64,000 bases of DNA from positions 201,004-265,003 of the forward strand of contig DAOTHY010000001.1 of the NCBI GenBank assembly GCA_035447925.1. The letters run 5' to 3'. Both the position numbers and the translations under genes were made by a program. How positions within the stretch are numbered: the stretch's first letter is position 1; the number at the start of each line of letters is the position of its first letter. The notes beneath the pieces are model-generated. The model searched no databases and was not told the origin of the DNA. It saw only the letters and a list, made by a program, of their open reading frames with translations. The stretch is from Thermotogota bacterium. GTDB lineage: Bacteria; Thermotogota; Thermotogae; MWEM01. Positions 8,364-16,306 of this stretch are shown piece after piece.

Positions 8364-9404
8364 TCAAAAATATCTTCCAAATACTTCAGAAACGGTTGTC
8401 ACGTTGTTTATCTTGCCGGCATTTGTTCCGGAAAAAGCAAAGCCGTTTTCAAAATCTCCTATCGAAGCGGAGTATAAGGCCTTTGCTATACAATAAGGTG
8501 CTGTTCGAAAATCGCATGTTCTAATACATTGATAGGGGCATGTAAAAGGTTTTTTGATCCCCTGCTGTACTTCATCCAAAAACTTGTTTTTTACTGCTCT
8601 TCCTGGCATCCCAACTGGGCTGTTAATAATTTCTATATCCGATTCTTTCGCATTGATAATAATATCTTTAAAAGCCGGATGAGCATCACATTCTTCGGTG
8701 GCAATAAAAGAAGTGCCTACTTGTATGCCATCTGCGCCTAAATCATACAGTTTATCAGAGTCTTTTTTAGAAAAAACACCACCTCCGGTAATTAACGGTA
8801 TCTTTTTTTCCTTAATCGTAGATAAAAATTCCTTTATGGAGGGGATCACTTCTTCCAAATAGTGCTGATGCGGCGTATCTAAAAAATCTCTCTTGAAGCC
8901 TAAATGTCCACCAGCTTGTGGTCCTTCAAGTACAAAAGCATCCGGCAATCTGTTGAAATAGCGCATCCAGCCTTTTATGATAACCTTGGCAGCTTTTAAA
9001 GATGATATGATCGGCACCAACTTTGTCTTTGAGTCTTCTGGTACCAATCCCGGTAGTTCCAAGGGCAATCCGGCACCTGAAAAAATGACATCAATGCAAT
9101 TTTTCACAGCCGTTTTAACCATATCGTTGTAATTGGATAAAGCGACCATGATGTTCACGCCGATAATACCGTTTGATTTTTTTCTGGCGGCTTTAATTTC
9201 GTTAGCCAATGCCCTTAAATCAGCACCTCTAAAGTCATTAAAGTGGTTTTCATCTCTAAAACCAATCCCCGCTGTTCCAATGACACCAATCCCGCCCGCA
9301 TTAGCTACAGCAGCTGCGAGATTGGATAATGAAACACCCACTGCCATCCCGCCTTGAACGATTGGGATTTTGGGTATCAGCCCGTTTATATTTAATTCTT
9401 TTAT
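8364..9404 (-). CDS. Nitronate monooxygenase/FabK-like FMN oxidoreductase; probable ATA start at 9404
   Basis: PIVQGGMAVGVS, AVANAGGIG, EGPQAGGHLG, GADGIQVGTSF; the conserved N-terminus lies upstream of the first ATG (9347). Confidence 0.85.
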   Translation of the reverse strand: MKELNINGLIPKIPIVQGGMAVGVSLSNLAAAVANAGGIGVIGTAGIGFRDENHFNDFRGADLRALANEIKAARKKSNGIIGVNIMVALSNYNDMVKTAVKNCIDVIFSGAGLPLELPGLVPEDSKTKLVPIISSLKAAKVIIKGWMRYFNRLPDAFVLEGPQAGGHLGFKRDFLDTPHQHYLEEVIPSIKEFLSTIKEKKIPLITGGGVFSKKDSDKLYDLGADGIQVGTSFIATEECDAHPAFKDIIINAKESDIEIINSPVGMPGRAVKNKFLDEVQQGIKKPFTCPYQCIRTCDFRTAPYCIAKALYSASIGDFENGFAFSGTNAGKINNVTTVSEVFGRYF

Positions 9405-9602
9405 ACTATCACTCTCCAGCTAAAAAATTGACTAATGGTCATCGAAGTATAACATATTTTTTTTGATTTCAGCTTCTTGTTTTTCAAAATAATTTAGTAG
9501 TTTGGTATACTATAAAATGTTTCAAAGAAAGTCAATAGAGTCACATTCCTTTTTTTCAGACCGTACAGATAATTGAGGAATTACTTTCAAGAGGTGAATG
9601 AA

Positions 9603-10688
9603 TTGAAAAAAGGGCTCAAAATTAAAAAAATAAGTAAAGTCAAAAGTACAATACCGGGTGATATTGTAGTAACTCAAGAAATGCCATATCCTTTGATTCA
9701 AGTGATTGATTATCAATCAGATGAAATCAACGTTCTCAAATCCGTGAAATTAATCGAAGGTCTTTCTGATATACCAACGGGTTTTACAAGATGGATAGAC
9801 ATTCAGGGGTTGGGAGATAAAAAGGTCTTGGAAGAAATAAAAAAGGAATTTCAAATCCATCCATTAATTATGGAAGATGTTGTGAATATTCCCCAGAGAG
9901 TTAAAGTTGATTCTTTCAGTGATTATCTGTTTTTGGTTTTAAAAATGTTTCATAGACAAAATAGTGATCATTTTTATGAAGAACAGGTCAGTATCATTTT
10001 AGGGAAAAACTATGTTATTTCCTTTCAAGAAAAATACGGCGACTGCTTAGATTCTCTTAGAGATAGACTTTTACATTCAAAAGGCATCATTCGAAAAATG
10101 AATGCGGATTATCTTTGCTACGCAATAGCAGATACCATATTTGATCATTATTTTTCTTATTTGGAATATTTATCAGAAAATATTGAGATCCTTGAGGAAA
10201 AAGTGACCGTTGCAACAGAAGAAGCAGAGTTGAGAAAGATTTATGAATTAAAACATGCGTTGATATCATTGAAAAGAGAGCTTTGGCCAACACGAGAATG
10301 TCTGAATCAATTCACGAAAGAAGAGATGCCCTTTATTAGCGAAAAAGTGAAATTCTATTTTAGGGATTGTTATGATCATATTCTACAAACTCTTGAAATT
10401 ACAGAGTCTTTAAAGGAATTGACGACTGAGCTTTTGAATATTTATCTATCAGTACAAGGAAATAAATTAAATGAGATTATGAAAGTATTGACAATCATTT
10501 CAACAATATTTATACCTCTTTCGTTTCTGGTGGGTTTGTATGGAATGAATTTCGAGTACATGCCTGAATTAAGTTTGAAATTTGGTTATTTCTTCTTGAT
10601 TGGTGTGATGATAATCATCACTTTATCCATGTTTTTGTGGTTTAGAAAGAAAGGCTGGATTGGCAAAAAGAAAAGCAAACGAGACTAA
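9603..10688 (+). CDS. corA: Magnesium/cobalt transporter CorA
   Basis: WIDIQGL, HPLIMED, QRVKVD, YFRDCYDH, GLYGMNF signature; GAGGTG SD with TTG at 9603. Confidence 0.95.
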   Translation: MKKGLKIKKISKVKSTIPGDIVVTQEMPYPLIQVIDYQSDEINVLKSVKLIEGLSDIPTGFTRWIDIQGLGDKKVLEEIKKEFQIHPLIMEDVVNIPQRVKVDSFSDYLFLVLKMFHRQNSDHFYEEQVSIILGKNYVISFQEKYGDCLDSLRDRLLHSKGIIRKMNADYLCYAIADTIFDHYFSYLEYLSENIEILEEKVTVATEEAELRKIYELKHALISLKRELWPTRECLNQFTKEEMPFISEKVKFYFRDCYDHILQTLEITESLKELTTELLNIYLSVQGNKLNEIMKVLTIISTIFIPLSFLVGLYGMNFEYMPELSLKFGYFFLIGVMIIITLSMFLWFRKKGWIGKKKSKRD

Positions 10689-10743
10689 TAAGATGTTTTT
10701 ATGATGGTTGTTTTTGGCAAAAAATAAGAGGAGGAAATTCAAT

Positions 10744-11499
10744 ATGGAAAAAATGATTAAAGAGGGCAGAGAATTTCTTAAATCTAATCGCTTTGAATTA
10801 TTGGCTCAAAACATTGAAAGTGATCAAAGTAGAGGGCTTCAACAGCCACCGTTGGAAAAACCTGTACATGAAAACGATCCATTCGTAGATCTTCCAGATC
10901 CCAAGTCGCTTTCACTCAAAGAAAGCGATATGATCAAAATCATTGAAGGGAGAGAAAGCCGCCGGTTATTTGATTCAGCTTCCATGACAATAGAGCAACT
11001 TTCCTACCTTTTATGGGCTACACAAGGTGTGAAATCAATTATGGGCAATCATTATGCCACGAAACGGACGGTTCCCTCAGCAGGCGCCAGACATCCCTTT
11101 GAAACGTATTTATGGATTAATAGAGTGGATGGTGTGAATAGGGGACTTTACAGGTATGTAGCACTTCAACACCAGTTGATTTTGATTAAAGAAGGTGATT
11201 TCACCAAAGAGATGATAAAAGCTGCGATGGATCAAAAATTTGCTGGTGAATGTGCCTGTACTTTTGTCTGGGCAGTGATTCCTTATAGAGGTGAATGGCG
11301 ATACCATGTCGGTTCTCACAAAACCATGCTTCTTGATGCCGGACATGTTTGTCAGAACCTTTATCTTGCTTGCCAATCGATTGGTCTTGGAACCTGTGCT
11401 ATTGCCGCATATTTTCAAAAGCCCCTTGATGAGCTATTCCAGTTAGACGGTGAGGATGAGTTTTCCGTTTATCTAGCACCCGTGGGAGTTTTGAAGTAA
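10744..11499 (+). CDS. SagB/ThcOx-like nitroreductase family protein
   Basis: RESRR, QLSYLLWATQG, RTVPSAGARHPFETY, LDAGHVCQNLYL; GGAGG SD. Confidence 0.88.
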   Translation: MEKMIKEGREFLKSNRFELLAQNIESDQSRGLQQPPLEKPVHENDPFVDLPDPKSLSLKESDMIKIIEGRESRRLFDSASMTIEQLSYLLWATQGVKSIMGNHYATKRTVPSAGARHPFETYLWINRVDGVNRGLYRYVALQHQLILIKEGDFTKEMIKAAMDQKFAGECACTFVWAVIPYRGEWRYHVGSHKTMLLDAGHVCQNLYLACQSIGLGTCAIAAYFQKPLDELFQLDGEDEFSVYLAPVGVLK

Positions 11500-11513
11500 T
11501 TTTTGATTTGGTG

Positions 11514-11541
11514 TTGATTGTTTTACAAAAGGTGTTATAAT
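11514..11541 (+). promoter_or_regulatory. Sigma70-type promoter upstream of umuD
   Basis: TTGATT (11514-11519), 16 nt spacer, TATAAT (11536-11541) with extended TG. Confidence 0.65.
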
Positions 11542-11559
11542 ATTAGGGGAAGGTTATTG

Positions 11560-11585
11560 GGGGAAGTGTTTATAAACACTTCCCC
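11560..11585. repeat. Perfect 26-bp palindrome (terminator, attenuator or operator)
   Basis: GGGGAAGTGTTTA|TAAACACTTCCCC followed by TTTG. Confidence 0.85.
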
Positions 11586-11660
11586 TTTGTCGTTTCAAAA
11601 GGTGTTTCAGGTGGTATTAAAGCAGGGGTTATGTCTTAAACACTAAAATGAGGTGAAAAA

Positions 11661-12086
11661 ATGAAAGTTGTTGATATAATCTTGCCCGATTCAAGTACAT
11701 CTTGCAAATTACCCGTTGCGGGATCAAGGATTTCCGCCGGGTTCCCTTCTCCGGCAGATGATTTTATCGAAAATTCTCTTGATCTGAATATGGAGTTGAT
11801 TAAAAATCCGGCCGCTACTTTTTTTGTCCGAGTATCGGGGTCTTCCATGAAAGATGCTGGGATTTTTGACGGGGATATATTAATCGTTGACAGATCGCTC
11901 AGGGCGACAAACAGAAAAATAGTCATAGCCATTTTGAACGGAGAACTTCTGGTCAAGCGTTTATGTATCCATGATGATCAATATATTCTGATGCCTGAGA
12001 ACAAAAATTACTCGCCGATTTATCTAACCAATGACAGCGATTTGAATGTATGGGGAGTTGTCACAAATGTCATTCATAAGGTATGA
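11661..12086 (+). CDS. umuD: DNA polymerase V subunit UmuD (S24 peptidase)
   Basis: AGFPSPADD cleavage region, VSGSSM (Ser), GDILIVDR, VKRL (Lys), WGVVT; no N-terminal DNA-binding domain. Confidence 0.92.
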   Translation: MKVVDIILPDSSTSCKLPVAGSRISAGFPSPADDFIENSLDLNMELIKNPAATFFVRVSGSSMKDAGIFDGDILIVDRSLRATNRKIVIAILNGELLVKRLCIHDDQYILMPENKNYSPIYLTNDSDLNVWGVVTNVIHKV

Positions 12087-12945
12087 TGAAGAGGGAACAC
12101 AACAAACACTTTTTGAGAATCAACTGGATAACAATCAAGCAAAAAGGGAATCAACACCAAATTGGATGAAAAATTGCTGGATTGGAACCAGTGGTTTTTC
12201 TTATGCTGATTGGGTTGGTGAGGTTTATCCTCTCAAACTCTCCAAAAATAAATGGTTTGATTATTACTGTAGTTTTTTCAATGCGCTTGAATTAAACATG
12301 TCATATTATAGGCTGCCTTCAAAAAAGGTTGTTCAATCTCTTTTGAATCGTGCGCCAAAAGATTTCTTCTTGTCCGTTAAAGCACACCAATCCATGACAC
12401 ACAAAAATCAAATGGATTTTGTCCCGGCTTTTAATGAGTTGATGAACATGATTGGAGATTACGGTGTGCATTCCATTTTACTGCTCCAGTTTCCCAATGC
12501 CTTTAAAAATAAACCGGATAATTTTGAATACCTACGTGGATTATGCAGTGCCTTGAATTGTAAAAAAGCCGTAGAATTTCGTGACAACTCCTGGGATAGC
12601 AAAGAGACCGTCAACTGGATGCGAAATAATGCGGTTGTTTGTGTATCTGTAGATGAACCTCAGTTAAAGGGGCTGATGTCGCCCAAATTGTTAGATTGTA
12701 ACGGTTATTACGTCCGATTTCACGGAAGAAATGTCGCTAAGTGGTGGAACCATGAAAAGCCCTACGAACGTTATGACTATCTTTATTCTACAGAAGAGCT
12801 GTTAGAATGGGTAAAAAAAATTAGGATTGTGCCTGAAAAACCCAGTGTATTTTTCTTTAATAATCATTACAAAGGTCAAGCGGTTATAAATGCCAGGATG
12901 TTCTCAAGAATGCTTAAGAAAACCAACGCTCATCCTATCCAGTGA
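12067..12945 (+). CDS. DUF72 (YecE-like) TIM-barrel protein; start either 12067 or 12166
   Basis: IGTSGFSYADW, ELNMSYYRLP, LLQFP, AVEFRDNSW, VSVDEP, YVRFHGRN, YDYLYS, FFNNH. Confidence 0.9.
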   Translation: MSFIRYDEEGTQQTLFENQLDNNQAKRESTPNWMKNCWIGTSGFSYADWVGEVYPLKLSKNKWFDYYCSFFNALELNMSYYRLPSKKVVQSLLNRAPKDFFLSVKAHQSMTHKNQMDFVPAFNELMNMIGDYGVHSILLLQFPNAFKNKPDNFEYLRGLCSALNCKKAVEFRDNSWDSKETVNWMRNNAVVCVSVDEPQLKGLMSPKLLDCNGYYVRFHGRNVAKWWNHEKPYERYDYLYSTEELLEWVKKIRIVPEKPSVFFFNNHYKGQAVINARMFSRMLKKTNAHPIQ

Positions 12946-12958
12946 GGTTGAATTGCTG

Positions 12959-14236
12959 ATGAACGGGAATAGTCATTACGCATTAGTGGATTGTAATAAT
13001 TTTTTCGTCTCATGTGAAAGAGTTTTCAACCCCGCTCTTGAATCTAAACCGGTAATAGTACTTTCAAATAACGATGGTTGTGTTGTAGCCAGATCACAAG
13101 AAGTGAAAAACATGGCCATCCCAATGGGAATTCCGCTTTTTAAGGTCAAGGAGAAATTAGCGTCGGCTAATGTGCAGATTTTCTCCTCGAATTTTGTTTT
13201 GTATGCTGATATGTCGGCAAGGGTTCTAAAGGTACTATCTAATTTTTCAGGAGAAATCGAACCGTATTCCATCGATGAATCTTTTTTAAAAGTCAAGGGC
13301 ATGAATGATAAACAGCTCAATTCATGGGGAAAAGAAATTGTTCATACTGTGAAACAATGGACAGGCATTCCTGTTTCGGTGGGCATTGGGCCCACCAGAA
13401 CACTTGCGAAATTCTCCAATCATGTGGCAAAAAAGCAACCGCAGTATCAAGGTGTGTACAATTGTGCTGATTGCAGTCTGGACTACTGGATGAAGCGTTA
13501 TCCCGTAGAAGAAGTGTGGGGAATAGGGCGAAAGCTTGCTTTAAAATGTCATCATGCTCATATCGACACAGTATATGACTTGAAACACGTGGATCTGCAT
13601 TGGGCCAAAAAGTATTTGGATACTGTCGGAACTCGAACGGTTATGGAACTCAGAGGCGAAGAATGTATTCTTACAACTGTCCCGGCCAAAAGAGGCAGCG
13701 TTATCAGATCCCGAAGCTTTGATCCTCCCATTGAGGAGTTTGAATCCCTCTATAGAAGAATTGCTTTGTTCGTTGCAACTGCCGCAGAAAAGCTTAGAGA
13801 ATACAAAATGTGTGCCAAGGCCTTCACCATTTTTGTCATGTCCTCTCGGTTTATCAGAGACAATTATTATGGTTCGGTTCCCGTCTTATTAGACAGGGCA
13901 ACGGATAATACCGTTGAAATGCTTAAACTATCCAGAGAGGCATTGAGCAAGATCTATCGGCAAGGTGTTTTGTATAAAAAAGGTGGGGTGGTGATGGAAA
14001 AACTGGTACCCAGAGACGCTGTTCAAATCCCCTTAAACGACCCGGTTCCTTATTCCTTTCAAAAAAGAACTGCAAAAATTGTTTATGCGTTGGATGATGT
14101 CAATAAAAAGTTGGGACAAAATGTTGTAAAACTGGGAAGTTATTCGATGATTAATAAAACCACAGATAAAAAAGAAATGATTTCAAAACGTTTCACAACG
14201 CATTGGCCAGATATACCTGTTGTGAAAGCAAAATAA
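12959..14236 (+). CDS. umuC: Y-family DNA polymerase, UmuC-type
   Basis: LVDCNNFFVSCER, VLSNNDGCVVAR, YSIDESF, VSVGIGPTRTLAK, VWGIG, UmuC-type C-terminus SKRFTTHW. Confidence 0.93.
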   Translation: MNGNSHYALVDCNNFFVSCERVFNPALESKPVIVLSNNDGCVVARSQEVKNMAIPMGIPLFKVKEKLASANVQIFSSNFVLYADMSARVLKVLSNFSGEIEPYSIDESFLKVKGMNDKQLNSWGKEIVHTVKQWTGIPVSVGIGPTRTLAKFSNHVAKKQPQYQGVYNCADCSLDYWMKRYPVEEVWGIGRKLALKCHHAHIDTVYDLKHVDLHWAKKYLDTVGTRTVMELRGEECILTTVPAKRGSVIRSRSFDPPIEEFESLYRRIALFVATAAEKLREYKMCAKAFTIFVMSSRFIRDNYYGSVPVLLDRATDNTVEMLKLSREALSKIYRQGVLYKKGGVVMEKLVPRDAVQIPLNDPVPYSFQKRTAKIVYALDDVNKKLGQNVVKLGSYSMINKTTDKKEMISKRFTTHWPDIPVVKAK

Positions 14237-14252
14237 TGAGGAGGAAACAAAG

Positions 14253-15422
14253 GTGAAGAATTTTGTGTTTGAGAACAAAACAAAGATTATATTCGGAAGA
14301 GGTACAGAAGAAAAAGTTGGACAGGAAATAAAACGGTTGGGAAAGAAAAAAGTGCTTTTTCATTATGGCGGTGGCAGCATTAAGAAATTCGGTTTATATG
14401 ATAAGGTTTTGGGCTATTTGAGAAATGAGGGTATCGAATTTACGGAATTAGGAGGTGTTAAGCCCAATCCGTCTTTGAAGCTAGTGAAAGAGGGGATAGA
14501 ACTTTGCAGAAAAGAAAAGGTGGATTTCATTCTTGCAGTTGGCGGTGGAAGTGTGATTGATTCTGCAAAAGCTATTGCGATGGGTGTACCTTATCAAGGG
14601 GATGTTTGGGACTTTTACGATCACAAGGCGCAAATTCAAGATTCATTACCCTTGGGTGTTATTTTGACATTACCTGCAGCGGGAAGTGAAGCGAGTGATG
14701 CCAGTGTGATTACAAATGATGAAAAACAGTTGAAAAGGGGAACCGGAAGTCCGTTAATTCGGCCGTTATTTTCAATCTTGAATCCGGAAGTAACGTTTAC
14801 TTTGCCTCCTTACCAGACTGCAGCCGGAATTACTGATATGATGGCACATATTATGGAACGCTATTTCACTCAGGAAAGAAACGTGGACCTTACCGATCAT
14901 ATGTGTGAAGCAGTTTTAAAAACAATCATAAAAAATGCCCCGTTGGTTTTAAAAAATCCTGAAGATTACAATGCCAGGGCTGAGATCATGTGGGCAGGGA
15001 CATTAGCACATAATGGTTTGCTTGATACCGGAAGACTTGGGGATTGGGGAACGCATATGATCGAACATGAACTGAGTGCATTGTATGATTTGACACATGG
15101 TGCCGGGTTGGCAATCATTTTCCCGGCATGGATCAAATACGTTTATCAAGCATATCCGGAAAGGATGATGCGGTTTTTTCATGCTGTATTTGATGTTGAG
15201 GCTGAATTTGACAATCCGGAGTATATGGTTGAACAAGGGCTGAAAAGGTTGAAAGCCTTTTATCGTTCCATCGGGATGCCGGTGTCATTAAAAGATGCTG
15301 GGATTGAGGAAGTCAGATTTGAAGAAATGGCTGAGAAATGCACTACTTTTGGCCCGATCAGTCATTTCGTTAAATTGGAAAAATCGGATGTTGTTAAGAT
15401 ATACCAATCAGCAGCCGAATAA
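14253..15422 (+). CDS. Iron-containing alcohol dehydrogenase (NADH-dependent butanol dehydrogenase-like)
   Basis: GGVKPNP, AVGGGSVID, DMMAHIMERY, HMIEHELS, HGAGLA; GTG start with GAGGAGG SD. Confidence 0.92.
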   Translation: MKNFVFENKTKIIFGRGTEEKVGQEIKRLGKKKVLFHYGGGSIKKFGLYDKVLGYLRNEGIEFTELGGVKPNPSLKLVKEGIELCRKEKVDFILAVGGGSVIDSAKAIAMGVPYQGDVWDFYDHKAQIQDSLPLGVILTLPAAGSEASDASVITNDEKQLKRGTGSPLIRPLFSILNPEVTFTLPPYQTAAGITDMMAHIMERYFTQERNVDLTDHMCEAVLKTIIKNAPLVLKNPEDYNARAEIMWAGTLAHNGLLDTGRLGDWGTHMIEHELSALYDLTHGAGLAIIFPAWIKYVYQAYPERMMRFFHAVFDVEAEFDNPEYMVEQGLKRLKAFYRSIGMPVSLKDAGIEEVRFEEMAEKCTTFGPISHFVKLEKSDVVKIYQSAAE

Positions 15423-15450
15423 TTTTAAAAATCTTCAAAAAAGAATGTAT

Positions 15451-15486
15451 AATAATCACGCTGCTTTTTCAGCGTGATTATTTTTT
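15451..15486 (+). terminator. Intrinsic terminator-like hairpin after the Fe-ADH gene
   Basis: AATAATCACGCTG-CTTTTT-CAGCGTGATTATT followed by T-run. Confidence 0.7.
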
Positions 15487-15500
15487 GGGGGGTGTTTGAT

Positions 15501-16199
15501 ATGGACATCAAAGAACAGCTGAAAGAAATGGTTGCAAAAGAAGTTGTGAAATACGTTGAATCAGATATGGTGATCGGGTTAGGGTCCGGATCAACAATGG
15601 TTTATGTGATTAATGAAATTGGAAAAGCGATTCGGGAAGGTCGGATGAAAGGAATCGTTGGTGTGCCTACCTCTTTTCAATCAGAGATTTTGGGAAGAGA
15701 AAATGGTATTCAAATCGTTGATTTTAATCAGATCGTTCGCATTGATCTGGCAATAGACGGTGCGGATGAAGTGGATCCCGAGAAGAGGCTTATAAAAGGA
15801 GGGGGAGGCGCTCATACCAGAGAAAAGTATATCGATTACTTTGCTGACCGGTTGATCATTGTAGCTGATGAAAGTAAACTGGTTCAGCGGTTGGGACAAC
15901 ATTTTGCAGTTCCCGTTGAGGTCTTACCGCAAACTTATCAATCAGTAAAAAAAAGAATGCTTCAAATGAACGGTGAACCACAACTAAGAATGGCCATAAA
16001 AAAAGCAGGGCCGGTGATTACTGATCAAGGAAATTTCATTCTGGATGTCAAGTTTCAAGTCATAGATGATCCGATTCAGCTGGAAAGTGAGCTTAATAAT
16101 ATTCCCGGTGTGATTGAAAACGGTATTTTCACAAAACAGGTAGAAGAAGTATTAATCGGAAGTTATTCAGACGGTAAAATGAAATTAATTCGGTTATAG
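15501..16199 (+). CDS. rpiA: Ribose-5-phosphate isomerase A
   Basis: GLGSGST, DGADEVD, IKGGGGA-x-x-REK, DESKLV, ITDQGN, GVIENGIF. Confidence 0.95.
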   Translation: MDIKEQLKEMVAKEVVKYVESDMVIGLGSGSTMVYVINEIGKAIREGRMKGIVGVPTSFQSEILGRENGIQIVDFNQIVRIDLAIDGADEVDPEKRLIKGGGGAHTREKYIDYFADRLIIVADESKLVQRLGQHFAVPVEVLPQTYQSVKKRMLQMNGEPQLRMAIKKAGPVITDQGNFILDVKFQVIDDPIQLESELNNIPGVIENGIFTKQVEEVLIGSYSDGKMKLIRL

Positions 16200-16306
16200 A
16201 ACGATATTTTGTATAATAGTAGGTGCCATTCATCAACCTGGACATTGAATGCACCAGAATGATGGATGAGGTTTTCCAAAAGTGATAAAATCAAGGGGAG
16301 GTCTAA

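Noticed and set aside
10744-11499. SagB/ThcOx dehydrogenase as part of a RiPP (azole peptide) cluster
   Set aside because: No YcaO, E1-like protein or precursor peptide nearby; best read as a stand-alone nitroreductase
11600-11660. Classical LexA box upstream of umuD
   Set aside because: No convincing match to CTGT-N8-ACAG, GAAC-N4-GTTC or TGTTC-N4-GAACA
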